This document shows, piece by piece, positions 1 through 8,497 of a DNA stretch of 57,981 bases (positions are counted from its first letter, which is position 1; each line of letters begins with the position of its first letter). The DNA is from a virus (Duplodnaviria; Caudoviricetes): IMG/VR virus record IMGVR_UViG_3300024960_000061, positions 1 through 57,981 of that record; one strand, 5' to 3'. Under the pieces are notes generated by a model that did not search any database, was not told the DNA's origin, and was given only the letters and a program-made list of their open reading frames with translations. A program made the translations under genes and the position numbers.

Positions 1-417
1 GTGCGCTGGTACTTCGCCGAGCTGCGCGGGGCGATCCGGGAGGGCCGGGCGCACCTCGGGATGTTCGACAACCGGATCCCGCAACCGCTCGCGCCGTTCG
101 GCTGGAGGGTGGACGCGCAGGGGCGCCACCACACCCTCGGCGAGACGGCGGGGCACTTCGATGCGACGCACGGGAACCTATGGGTGGCGGCCGACGCGGC
201 GCGGACGTTCCTTCCCGTCCCCCGTCCCCCGGTCCCCAGCCAGGTGCCCGAGCTGCCCCGCATCGACGCGTGCCTCTACCGGCTCGGGTGGCTCTCGGCC
301 GACAACATCACGAAGGCCCGGGGCGTCCCCAGCTACCGCGTGCGGGGCGACCTCGACCGGCGCGGCGGGAGCTACTGCGTCGTTCGGTGGGATCGCGTGC
401 GGGGGCTGTTGCTATGA
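1..417 (+). CDS. C-terminal part of a DUF927-like helicase/replication protein (5' end truncated by window)
   Basis: FAELRGAIREGRAHL / FGWRVD / LYRLGWLS align by eye with LLSLVLDAIGSGRAHT / WGYELQ / LHALGCLA at the C-terminus of the helicase at 46723-49134. Confidence 0.55.
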   Translation: MRWYFAELRGAIREGRAHLGMFDNRIPQPLAPFGWRVDAQGRHHTLGETAGHFDATHGNLWVAADAARTFLPVPRPPVPSQVPELPRIDACLYRLGWLSADNITKARGVPSYRVRGDLDRRGGSYCVVRWDRVRGLLL

Positions 418-418
418 T
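413..418 (+). promoter_or_regulatory. -10 box TATGAT for a near-leaderless Fis-like gene
   Basis: TGcTATGAT (extended -10 like) lies 10 nt before ATG 429; the same TATGAT-N10-ATG occurs at the paralogue (21342-21337). Confidence 0.6.
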
Positions 419-428
419 CGCTAGCACC

Positions 429-701
429 ATGGCCGCACCGAAGAAGTCCCCCGCGAAGAAGCCCCCGACGCCGACTGTGGCGGCCGCGCGCGCCGACGGT
501 CGACCGAAGTCGAAGCTCTCTCAGCACGGCGATCAGGCGAAGCTCGAGGCCGAGCGCGCGCTACTCCTCGCGACGCTGGAAGCGAAGGGCTGGAATCTCA
601 CGCACACAGCGCGGGAGCTCGCGATGACCGATGCGTCAGCAGTGCTCCGGGGGATCGACCGCTACGGGCTGCGTACGGAGTACGAAAAGCACAGGGTCTA
701 G
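429..701 (+). CDS. Fis-like (HTH_8) DNA-binding protein, copy 1
   Basis: ERALLLATLEAKGWNLTHTARELAM...VLRGIDRYGL, a Fis/NtrC C-terminal HTH pattern. Confidence 0.8.
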   Translation: MAAPKKSPAKKPPTPTVAAARADGRPKSKLSQHGDQAKLEAERALLLATLEAKGWNLTHTARELAMTDASAVLRGIDRYGLRTEYEKHRV

Positions 702-711
702 TCATCCGTGA

Positions 712-751
712 CATAGCTACGGTTGACAACTTAGTTATGCTGGACTAATGA
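712..751 (+). promoter_or_regulatory. Sigma70-type promoter TTGACA-N17-TAATGA with an imperfect palindrome centred on the -35
   Basis: TTGACA 723-728, TAATGA 746-751; CATAGCTAC-gGTTGaCAAC-TTAGTTATG dyad at 712-739; AT-rich island. Confidence 0.7.
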
Positions 752-758
752 TCCTCCC

Positions 759-795
759 GTAGCCCGCACGACACCCGCGGGCTCGGGAGGCCACC
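759..795 (+). promoter_or_regulatory. Conserved 5' leader hairpin plus RBS
   Basis: GT-AGCCCGC-N9-GCGGGCT-CGGGAGGCCACC-GTG; near-identical copy on the minus strand at 20948-20984. Confidence 0.75.
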
Positions 796-1104
796 GTGGA
801 TCACTCATCCCCGGCGACGCCGCGAAGGGACACGCCTGTCCCTCCGGCGCCGCCCGCGCATCGCCCTGCCAACGACCCCAGCCCCGCGCCGGACCTCGAC
901 TTCCCCGAGCCGGATCTGGAGTTCCCTGAGCCGGACCTCGACTTCCCCCCGCCAGACATCGACGACGAGCTCTCTGGCTGCCCGGTGTTCAACGCGCTCT
1001 GCGAGGCCCGCGCCGCCGAGTCGATCGAGCACCAGGAGGCGCAGCGGTTGCCCTGGGAGTTGTCGTGGACCCCGGCCGACGCCGTCAGCCCGGAGGCCGC
1101 GTGA
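796..1104 (+). CDS. Pro/acidic small protein with PDL(D/E)FP repeats, copy 1
   Basis: GGGAGG RBS then GTG; PDLDFPEPDLEFPEPDLDFP; paralogue at 20747-20947. Confidence 0.75.
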   Translation: MDHSSPATPRRDTPVPPAPPAHRPANDPSPAPDLDFPEPDLEFPEPDLDFPPPDIDDELSGCPVFNALCEARAAESIEHQEAQRLPWELSWTPADAVSPEAA

Positions 1105-1430
1105 TGAAGCGGAAGGTGTTCCGGCGGGCGGTGCGCGATCTCGCGGTGTTCTGCTCGAAGCAGAAGCTCGCGCTGCAGCTTGCGCAGGTCGAGGCCGCCG
1201 ACCGACGCGACGCGACCCACCAGGCGCACTGCGTCGCCGACCTCGCGCGAGAGCTGTCGGCGATCTCCGACGAGGCCCTCGCGGCCGCCACGGAGTGCCT
1301 GGACGATCGGCCCGACACCCTCGCCGCCCACGCCTCGCACGCGGCCCGCGCCGCGCGGCTGGCTCACCTCGCGGCGAAGGAACTCCGCCGACTCACCCGG
1401 GCGTCGTTGCGCGTCGGCGGGGGCCGGTGA
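1104..1430 (+). CDS. Hypothetical helical protein
   Basis: Start overlaps the upstream stop (GTGATG); Ala-rich helical ORF. Confidence 0.6.
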   Translation: MKRKVFRRAVRDLAVFCSKQKLALQLAQVEAADRRDATHQAHCVADLARELSAISDEALAAATECLDDRPDTLAAHASHAARAARLAHLAAKELRRLTRASLRVGGGR

Positions 1431-1624
1431 CGCCCGCCGAGGGGGAGGGCGAGTGCGCGCTCTGCCACCGTCTGGCGCCCGACGACGAGCTCGAACGCGT
1501 GGCGACGGCGCGCGGGGAGAGGCGCTACTGCGACCAGTGCATGTCGGCGGCGGAGCGCATCGTGGATGCCCTCGCGGCGCCCTTCCTCTGGGCGATGGGA
1601 GCGCGTCGGCGCGGGGCCGACTGA
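1427..1624 (+). CDS. Small zinc-finger protein
   Basis: GTGA overlap; CALC...CDQC motifs. Confidence 0.6.
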   Translation: MTPAEGEGECALCHRLAPDDELERVATARGERRYCDQCMSAAERIVDALAAPFLWAMGARRRGAD

Positions 1625-1815
1625 CGGGACGTTCGGCCTTTCCAGGCCCTGTGCCGAGGTGCTCGCGCGGCAAGGGTCAGAAGCAGGTGGGCTCGCGCGA
1701 GCACGAGGTCTCGCCGCGCACCATCCGCCACGACGTCGATGCGATGCAGGCTGCGAGTCTCGACGTCGGCGTGGAGGGCTCTCAGGTGCGGTTGCGGAAG
1801 GCGCCGACGTGGTGA
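1624..1815 (+). pseudogene. Degenerate winged-HTH (HTH_11-like) fragment
   Basis: HEVSPRTIRHDVDAM resembles the HTH_11 recognition helix; no clean start in frame. Confidence 0.35.
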
Positions 1816-2183
1816 GGCCCGCCCCGTACTTCCCGACGGCGGGTGCGGAGAGCTGGGCGACGGCGCGCCTGTACCTGGGCGTGATCGGCGGGGCCACGCT
1901 CGCCGAGGTCCTCGACTGGATGCACGGCGCGCCGGTCGCCAGTGGCTAGAGCTACCTCTACGGCACGGGCGTGCTATCCGCGGCAGTCACCTGCCCGCGC
2001 TGCGGCGGGGACCACAGCGGCACCGCCGAGGATCCGGGGCACCCCGACCTCGGCGGGTGTACCGAGCGGGAGGTCCTCTGCGGCACCTGCGACGAGGGCC
2101 TCATCCCGGTCGACGAGCTCGCCGCGCGGATGGCCCGGCTCGGTGAGTGGATGCCGCGGGAGCGGGACTACTTCGACTTCTAG
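1812..2183 (+). pseudogene. Zn-ribbon protein interrupted by an in-frame TAG
   Basis: MRPAPYFP...VASG*SYLYGTGVLSAAVTCPRCGG...CGTC stays in one frame across TAG 1947-1949. Confidence 0.45.
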
Positions 2184-2552
2184 ACTCGGCCGCCCCGAAC
2201 GACCTTCTCTGAAGGTCGCGAGCTTCATCCGACGCGCTGATGCCCTAAGCACGGTGCGCACATATGGCGTTCGCCGCCGACCCACCTCGCCGATGACGGT
2301 GCCCTGTGTTTATCGGGCAAATCGTCCCGGCGCTAGCACACGAAGCCGTCAACGTGGTTGTCAAAGATCAGTGCCATCGGGTTGGCAGTGACATTAACTG
2401 TCCAAGCACTTCGCGCCGAGAAACAGATGGAATTGGATTTCTGGAGGGGTCGGGCCATAGGTTGATCCCGCCCCAGAAAGGGTGACGGCCCGAGGCGTTC
2501 CCGCGCCCCGAGCCGTTCTGTCCACAACATCCACCGTGATGAGGTTTTCGAT

Positions 2553-2735
2553 ATGGACGATGAAGATCGTAGCGCACCGGTGCGCCCGAAGGAAGAAGTC
2601 GCCGGAACCACCCCGCCGGAGAAGCCGGTGGGGAACCGCCCCAACACCTGGAAGGGCATCGCCGAGGCGGCAGTGAAGGGCGCCGTCGGTGCCGTCGTCG
2701 CGTTCGCCCTGAAGCACCTCCTCGACCACCACTGA
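2553..2735 (+). CDS. Small protein with hydrophobic C-terminal helix
   Basis: GAGG RBS then ATG; WKGIAEAAVKGAVGAVVAFALKHLL. Confidence 0.55.
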   Translation: MDDEDRSAPVRPKEEVAGTTPPEKPVGNRPNTWKGIAEAAVKGAVGAVVAFALKHLLDHH

Positions 2736-2783
2736 GCTCAGCGCCTCCATCCCACCCCTCGGCGTATCCGCGCCCGCCACCGA

Positions 2784-2820
2784 CCCCGAATTAGCAACGC
2801 CCCCGACCCGTGAGGCCGAG
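2784..2820 (+). repeat. ~38-bp dispersed repeat, copy 1
   Basis: CCCCGAATTAGCAACGCCCCCGACCCGTGAGGCCGAG, closely matching 5453-5491. Confidence 0.7.
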
Positions 2821-2998
2821 AGCCAGCGAGCGACTGCGTCGGTACGCACCACGGTGCGGGGCCGCGGAACGCCGTCTCGTCCGGCGCAGCGCCGAGCTTC
2901 GTCGCGGCGCCCCGCAGGTTCGTGCGGCCTGTCCAGATCACCGCGAACGGCTCGTTCGGACGTCGCCGCGAGGCGCCTGAAATGCACTGCGCGACGGC

Positions 2999-3376
2999 AT
3001 GGACACCACTGCCGCTAACGCCCCCGCTGACCCCTGGGCCGGGTCCGAGATGCTCTCCACCTACAGCCGCGCCGCCGCGCTCGCCGACGGCGTCCTGGTC
3101 GACGTCACCGCCGAGGCCCGCGCCGTCGGCGTGACCTGCCCGGTGGCGCTGACCGCGGGCGCCTTCGAGGCCCTCGGCGCCGACGACCCCGAGCAGCTCG
3201 GGCGCGCGGTCGTTGCCCTGCGCGTCGCCGCGGGCCTCGCGCGGGGCTGCGACACCGACCGTGTCGACTTCCACCTGCGCGGCCGCGACGGCGCCTGGGT
3301 GCGCCTCTGGGCGCTCTGCGGGCCGGGCGACACCGCCGAGGGCATCATCACGGTGATGCTCGAGGGAGAAGACTGA
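2999..3376 (+). CDS. DUF6573-like protein
   Basis: YSRAAALADGVLVDV...CGPGD...ITVMLEGED pattern. Confidence 0.65.
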   Translation: MDTTAANAPADPWAGSEMLSTYSRAAALADGVLVDVTAEARAVGVTCPVALTAGAFEALGADDPEQLGRAVVALRVAAGLARGCDTDRVDFHLRGRDGAWVRLWALCGPGDTAEGIITVMLEGED

Positions 3377-3621
3377 TGGAACCCTACGAGGCGTGCGACG
3401 AGATCATCGCGCTGGTGTTCGGCCGGGGCTGCGACCCCGCGCAGCTCTGCGACCGGCCCGGCGCGCCGCCAGGGTCCGGGGTCACCCTCGCGGCGCTGCG
3501 GGCCGATCTCGGGGTCCGGCTCGGCGGCCGCGCCCTCCGGGAGGCGCTGGCCATCGTCGACGCGAGCGAGGCCACCGACGCCGCGTGGCGGGCCCGCGAG
3601 GCCATCCGGGGGATGCGATGA
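3376..3621 (+). CDS. Hypothetical protein
   Basis: TGATG-coupled ORF in operon. Confidence 0.55.
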   Translation: MEPYEACDEIIALVFGRGCDPAQLCDRPGAPPGSGVTLAALRADLGVRLGGRALREALAIVDASEATDAAWRAREAIRGMR

Positions 3622-3941
3622 GGCGCTACATCGTCTCCCTCGACGTCGCGGGCTTCGAGGCGGCGGTGCATGGCCTCGTCGCAACGACCGACGACGGGGC
3701 GGCGCTCCTCACCCGACTCGAGGCGCTGCTCGACGACGGGGCCGTCAACCATGTCGCGCCTCCGCCCGCGCCGCGCCGCCCCATTCTCAGCCCCGAGGCG
3801 GTCGCGGTCGCCCTCCGGGAGAGCGGGGGCAACGTCTCCGCCGCGGCTCGCGCCCTGGGCTACTCGCGGGCCGCGGTGCGCGAGAAGGCCGCGCTGTACC
3901 TCCCGACGGCTGCGAGTCCGCTCGACGACGGGCGCAGGTGA
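3618..3941 (+). CDS. Protein with C-terminal Fis-type HTH
   Basis: ATGA overlap; ALRESGGNVSAAARALGYSRAAV. Confidence 0.7.
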   Translation: MRRYIVSLDVAGFEAAVHGLVATTDDGAALLTRLEALLDDGAVNHVAPPPAPRRPILSPEAVAVALRESGGNVSAAARALGYSRAAVREKAALYLPTAASPLDDGRR

Positions 3942-3986
3942 CCGATCGGTGCTGGCGACGAGAGAGCCCGTCGCGTTGGTCGGGGC

Positions 3987-4193
3987 ATGGCCCCGGCGCC
4001 GGCGCACGCGAGCGCCGCGATCGGCAGCCGGTTGCCGGGTGTGCTGCCGCATCCCGGCACCCCGCCCTACACCCGCCGGGTGACGCCCGACGCCACCGCC
4101 CGCCTGGTCGCGCTCCCGGACCCGCTCCGCGCCTGGGCTCGCGAGTTCGTGCGCTTCCACCTCGGCGTGCACATCACGCGCGGGCTGCCGTGA
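3987..4193 (+). CDS. Hypothetical small protein
   Basis: ORF continuing the plus-strand run; weak support. Confidence 0.35.
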   Translation: MAPAPAHASAAIGSRLPGVLPHPGTPPYTRRVTPDATARLVALPDPLRAWAREFVRFHLGVHITRGLP

Positions 4194-4241
4194 GGGCACG
4201 CGCTCGTCCGGCTCGTCCTTTCCGTGTAGCCTCCCGGGCCC

Positions 4242-5483
4242 ATGGCAATCGTACCGGTCAACATCGGGCAGGCGGCCGAGAAGTTTCTTGAGACCGTAAA
4301 GTGGGTCGGCGGGCCGAAGATGGTCAGAGCCTTGGCCAGCGCAAATGCAGACGGTGTCCGGGAGCTGGCCGAGGCACAGGCCGACGCGGCCCGCACTCTC
4401 GCGCAAGGACACGCGGACGCAGCTCGCACACTCGCGCAAGGGCAGGTCGACGCGAAGAAGCTCATCGAACTCGGCGCGGTCGAGAGCCGTTACGAGCACC
4501 GGGAGCCCATGCTTCTCGATGAACCCAAGCCCGCCGAGGCGATCGTGTCAGCTGCAGGAACCGAGAGAGTCGAAACTGAGATGGCTGACGACGCCGAGCC
4601 GATCCCGTTGGTGCGCGCGAAGCAACTCCTAGATCGCGCGGCCGAGCGATCCACTCTCCAGGCCGTTCGGCAGCAGGAGAACCTCGAAGCGGTCTTGCAG
4701 ATCGCGAACGAGCACATTCGTGACGTCAAGGACGAGGATGTATCGGGGGACCCCGTCGACGACACGTGGAAGGCGCGGTTCTTCTCCGCCGCGCAGGACA
4801 TTTCCGATGACGAGATGCGGCGGCTCTGGGGGGCCGTGCTCGCTGGTGAGATCAAGCACCCCAAGTCTTTTTCGCTTCGGTGTCTGGATGTCCTCCGCAA
4901 CCTCACGAACGACGAGGCCCGGCTCTTCCAGCGACTGGCGCACTTCGTCGATCGCGAAGGGACCGCAATTTTCCCGAGCAAAGAGGCGAAGGGAGCGTTC
5001 GGTCTTAAGGATCTTGCGTCGCTCGTTGACGCTGGCCTGATCCATCCACACGTGGGGCTTGGAACCGTGATGAACTATAAGTCGCACGACGGAGGCCCCC
5101 TGAGGGCGATCCATGCCTTTGCTGAGTGGGCGGTAACGATAGAGGCCGACGTCCCCTCGGTGGCCGCGGGACTGCCAACCATTCTGCTGACTACGGCCGG
5201 GACTCAGCTCGCCGCGCTGACGGAGCGGACGATCGATCCCGAGCATTTGGTCGCTCTGCGCACGAAGGTTCGGTCAATACCCCTTCGGGCAGAGATCAGG
5301 CGCCTCGTCAGCTTCGGCGCTGATTCGGTCCAAGCATCTGAAGAGACATACGACCTCGATGATTCGGGCAGACTGGTGCCAAACGTCCCCACCGATGTCG
5401 GTGACTCTGCAGAGCCAGAATCTGCTGGCGTTGGCACTCCTCCCGAAAAGCGCCCCGAAATGAGCAGCGCCCCCGACCCGTGA
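4242..5483 (+). CDS. DUF2806-domain protein
   Basis: QQENLEAV...PVDDTWKARFFSAAQDISDDEMRRLWGAVLAGEIKHPKSFSLRCLDVLRNL; N-terminal ADAARTLAQG repeats; lower GC. Confidence 0.8.
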   Translation: MAIVPVNIGQAAEKFLETVKWVGGPKMVRALASANADGVRELAEAQADAARTLAQGHADAARTLAQGQVDAKKLIELGAVESRYEHREPMLLDEPKPAEAIVSAAGTERVETEMADDAEPIPLVRAKQLLDRAAERSTLQAVRQQENLEAVLQIANEHIRDVKDEDVSGDPVDDTWKARFFSAAQDISDDEMRRLWGAVLAGEIKHPKSFSLRCLDVLRNLTNDEARLFQRLAHFVDREGTAIFPSKEAKGAFGLKDLASLVDAGLIHPHVGLGTVMNYKSHDGGPLRAIHAFAEWAVTIEADVPSVAAGLPTILLTTAGTQLAALTERTIDPEHLVALRTKVRSIPLRAEIRRLVSFGADSVQASEETYDLDDSGRLVPNVPTDVGDSAEPESAGVGTPPEKRPEMSSAPDP

Positions 5484-5495
5484 GGGCCGAGGGCG
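5453..5495 (+). repeat. ~38-bp dispersed repeat, copy 2; hairpin with GTGA loop at the gene end
   Basis: CGCCCCCGACCC-GTGA-GGGCCGAGGGCG imperfect stem; matches 2784-2820. Confidence 0.65.
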
Positions 5496-5691
5496 AAGGA
5501 AGGTAGGGCCGGGGCGGTCCGCTGCGCGAGCCTGGGGGGGGAGGACGACTCGCGCGAGTCCGCCCCGGCGAGGCGGTGGGTATCACGGGGAGGGAGCGCG
5601 GCCGAAAGAAACGGCCGACTTGGGGGGCGGGGGACGAGCAGGACACGTGCTCCAAGTCCGACTGCGGTAGCGTCCGTTGCTGGAGGACTCG

Positions 5692-6891
5692 ATGGGACTA
5701 TCAGACGATCTTCGGCAGCTCTCGGATCAGGTTCGCAAGCGGCAGCAGCACGTGAAGGGTGAGGAGGCGACCAAGCAGGCCCTCATCATTCCGTTTCTGC
5801 AGGTGCTCGGCTTCGACGTCTACGACCCGCAGGAGGTCGGCCCGGAGTACATCGCCGACTTCGCCAAGAAGCGCCCCAGCGGCGGGATGGAGAAGGTCGA
5901 CTACGTCATCCGTATCAACGGCGAGCCGGCGATGTTCATCGAGTGCAAGCCGCTCGGCTCGGCGCCCGAGGACCACGACGGGCAGCTCGCGCGCTACTTC
6001 AACGCGACGCCCGGCGTGCACGTCGGGGTCGTGACGAACGGCACGCGCTACCGCTTCTTCACCGACCTGCGCGCGCCCAACATGATGGACGCCGCGCCCT
6101 TCTTCGAGTTCGACATCCTCTCCTTCACCGAGCGCGACGCGGACAACCTCCGCGCGTTCACCAAGGACGGATTCAACCCCGCCGCGATCCAGTCCGCCGC
6201 CGAGGACATCATCTACACCGAGCGCCTCACGGGCCTCGTCAACGAGGTGCTGCGGAACCCGTCCGAGAACTTCGTGCGCTTCCTCCTCAGCGAGCTCGAC
6301 CTGGTGCCGGGCCGAGTCACCGGGAAGGTCATCGATCGGTTCTCCCCGATCGTGAAGCGGGCGGTGCAGAGCACGCTCCTCGAGATGATGACGCGCTCGA
6401 TCCAGCAGGAGATCGCCAGCCCCGCCCCCACAGCGCCCGCCGTCGCCTCCGCCGCGGAGGCCCCGCCGTCACCGGTGCGAACCTCCATCCCCTCGGGGGA
6501 GGCCGGCGAGGCCGCTCGCGCCAGCATCGTCACGACGGCCGAGGAGATGGAGCTCTTCGAGGTCGTGAGCCGCATCTGCTCCGAGTCGGCGAGCAAGCAG
6601 GCGATCGGCTACAAGGACACCACCGCCTACTTCGGCATCAACCTCGGGAAGGTGACGCAGTGGTTCCTCCGCGCGTGGTGCACCGGCCCGCGCAAGGCGC
6701 TGGTGACGCGCGTGCCCGTCGAGCAGGTGCGCCTCCTCGCGCATGGCTTCGAGGTCGAGCCCGCCCCCGAGGGGATCGGCGCGAGCCGCGTCTACTTCGG
6801 CGCCATCAAGGACGTCGAGAAGCTCCGGCCGCTCGTGCTCATGGCGTACGAGGACCAGGTGCGACGGATGAAGGCGGGGGCCGACGAGTAG
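5692..6891 (+). CDS. Stand-alone HSDR_N (type I restriction R N-terminal) PD-(D/E)xK nuclease protein
   Basis: EEATKQALIIPFLQVLGFDVYDP..EV.PEY, KVDY, FIECK, QLARYF, TNG..YRFFTDL. Confidence 0.85.
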   Translation: MGLSDDLRQLSDQVRKRQQHVKGEEATKQALIIPFLQVLGFDVYDPQEVGPEYIADFAKKRPSGGMEKVDYVIRINGEPAMFIECKPLGSAPEDHDGQLARYFNATPGVHVGVVTNGTRYRFFTDLRAPNMMDAAPFFEFDILSFTERDADNLRAFTKDGFNPAAIQSAAEDIIYTERLTGLVNEVLRNPSENFVRFLLSELDLVPGRVTGKVIDRFSPIVKRAVQSTLLEMMTRSIQQEIASPAPTAPAVASAAEAPPSPVRTSIPSGEAGEAARASIVTTAEEMELFEVVSRICSESASKQAIGYKDTTAYFGINLGKVTQWFLRAWCTGPRKALVTRVPVEQVRLLAHGFEVEPAPEGIGASRVYFGAIKDVEKLRPLVLMAYEDQVRRMKAGADE

Positions 6892-7048
6892 CAGCTCCCC
6901 GGCTGCGGTACTCGCGCGCTGCCCCTCCATCTCTCCCTCCTCCTCGCGCTCATCACGATCACAAGCCTCACTCCGCACCGGTGCGGGGTCGAGCGGTTCA
7001 AGGTCCGTCGCACACGATGCAGACGACGCGGTGCCCTCAAGTGGCGCC

Positions 7049-8497
7049 CTATTCGTCGGAGAGGTCGTCTGCTTCCGCTTCGGGGACGGCCGCTTGTGCC
7101 GGGGCTGGAGGGGCGTCACCGGTCGAGATCAACCTCACGTCCCGGAGGAGGTAGTCGTGGCGCATGTCGGTGCCCATGGGCTGGACGCGGATGCGGTAGC
7201 GAGCGCTCGTCGAGAGCACGATGGTTATTGCTCCCGCGAGGTACGACGTGCGCAGCACCGAGTCGATCCGTCCGCTGATCGGCTCCCGCGTCGCGTCGTC
7301 CATGAAAGCGAAGCTGCCGTTGGGCGATGCGTTGAAGCCCATGAAGAAGCCCTCGACCAGTCGATGCTCCTGCATCAAGAGGCGGCGCGCCTCGTCTAGC
7401 GTCCCCTTCGCACGCTTCGCCCGAACGGGCGTAACGTGGAGCCGTCGATGCGGCGTCTTTAGGTACAACTCCAGCCCGGATCTACGCATCCCCTCGAGGA
7501 AGCTGGCCATCACGCTCTCGGCTGCGGGGTCGCGTCGGAACGCGTCAGCGAGAGTTTCGGGGTTCGCGGCCCGGTCGAGCAGGAACTCCAACGTCTCCCA
7601 CGCTTGATCGAACCCTTCGGCGCCGGGCCCATCGACCCGAAGCCCGAAGGATCCGGCTACGGCCGTAAGGAGAGGCTGGTCGCCCTTCACGCTGCGCGTG
7701 GTCTCGACGACGCGCATCACGCCTTGATAGGCATGCAGAAGGCTGAATGCTCCGATCGAGTGCCCGTGCACGGGTTTCCCGTCGAACATGATCGCGCGCT
7801 CGTGGGGCACGTCCACGATGGTCTGCCGGAGGTCCAGCCGGGCCTCTTCGGCCAGGTCATCGAACTGCAGCCCTGCCGGAAGTTCCGCCGGTGGGTAGGA
7901 CTGCATCGAGACCGGCTGACCATGCCGGTTGTAGTCGACGATCTCGACCTCCCCGTCGTGCTCGTCGACCAACACGCCCACCGAGCTCAGCCCGTCCAAT
8001 AGAGCGCGCCAGGAATACTTGGAGACCGGCACGAAGAGCCACCGCACCAGCCCGCTACCCTCGTCGACGTGGATGCCGAGGCGACGCACGTCGTGGTGGT
8101 CCATCGTCGTCAGCATTTCCCTTCGTCCACCTCGGATCAGATGCTCGACCGATCGACGCCCGACTGTCTTGTGCAGGTCGCTCGTGACGATCGTTCGCCG
8201 CGGCACCCAGGGAAGCACGAAGCTCGTCAGCGCGTGATTCTCGCGCGGTGAGGTACCGAAGTGGCGCGCGGCAAGGCCCTTCGGGCGCGGCTCCTCACGC
8301 TTGTCCGTGAGCCACTCCGTCAGGGGCCCGAGCTCGGCAGCGGTGGGCGCGAACGCACCGCACACGCCGCATTGCGTCACCGGAAGCGACTCGGGCAGCT
8401 CATACGCGTGGCCGAGGTGCTTCCAGAATCGCCGCGGGCCTGTGCGCGGCGAGATCTCTCCTTCCTCGCAAATCGGGCAGCGGACTTCGTCGCTCAC
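7049..8497 (-). CDS. MqsA/YgiT-type zinc finger fused to a large DUF6575-like plus putative OB-fold region
   Basis: N-terminal CPIC...CGVCG; central RWLFVPVS motif; no C-terminal Cro-type HTH; start overlaps the toxin stop. Confidence 0.6.
   Translation of the reverse strand: MSDEVRCPICEEGEISPRTGPRRFWKHLGHAYELPESLPVTQCGVCGAFAPTAAELGPLTEWLTDKREEPRPKGLAARHFGTSPRENHALTSFVLPWVPRRTIVTSDLHKTVGRRSVEHLIRGGRREMLTTMDHHDVRRLGIHVDEGSGLVRWLFVPVSKYSWRALLDGLSSVGVLVDEHDGEVEIVDYNRHGQPVSMQSYPPAELPAGLQFDDLAEEARLDLRQTIVDVPHERAIMFDGKPVHGHSIGAFSLLHAYQGVMRVVETTRSVKGDQPLLTAVAGSFGLRVDGPGAEGFDQAWETLEFLLDRAANPETLADAFRRDPAAESVMASFLEGMRRSGLELYLKTPHRRLHVTPVRAKRAKGTLDEARRLLMQEHRLVEGFFMGFNASPNGSFAFMDDATREPISGRIDSVLRTSYLAGAITIVLSTSARYRIRVQPMGTDMRHDYLLRDVRLISTGDAPPAPAQAAVPEAEADDLSDE

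Noticed and set aside
1947-1949. Amber stop-codon reassignment in the phage
   Set aside because: TAG terminates several clear genes (e.g. at 701, 6891, 16834) and no suppressor tRNA is present.
2388-2465. Short ORF containing a clamp-motif-like QMELDF
   Set aside because: Only about 25 codons, no clear RBS, no paralogue; could be chance.
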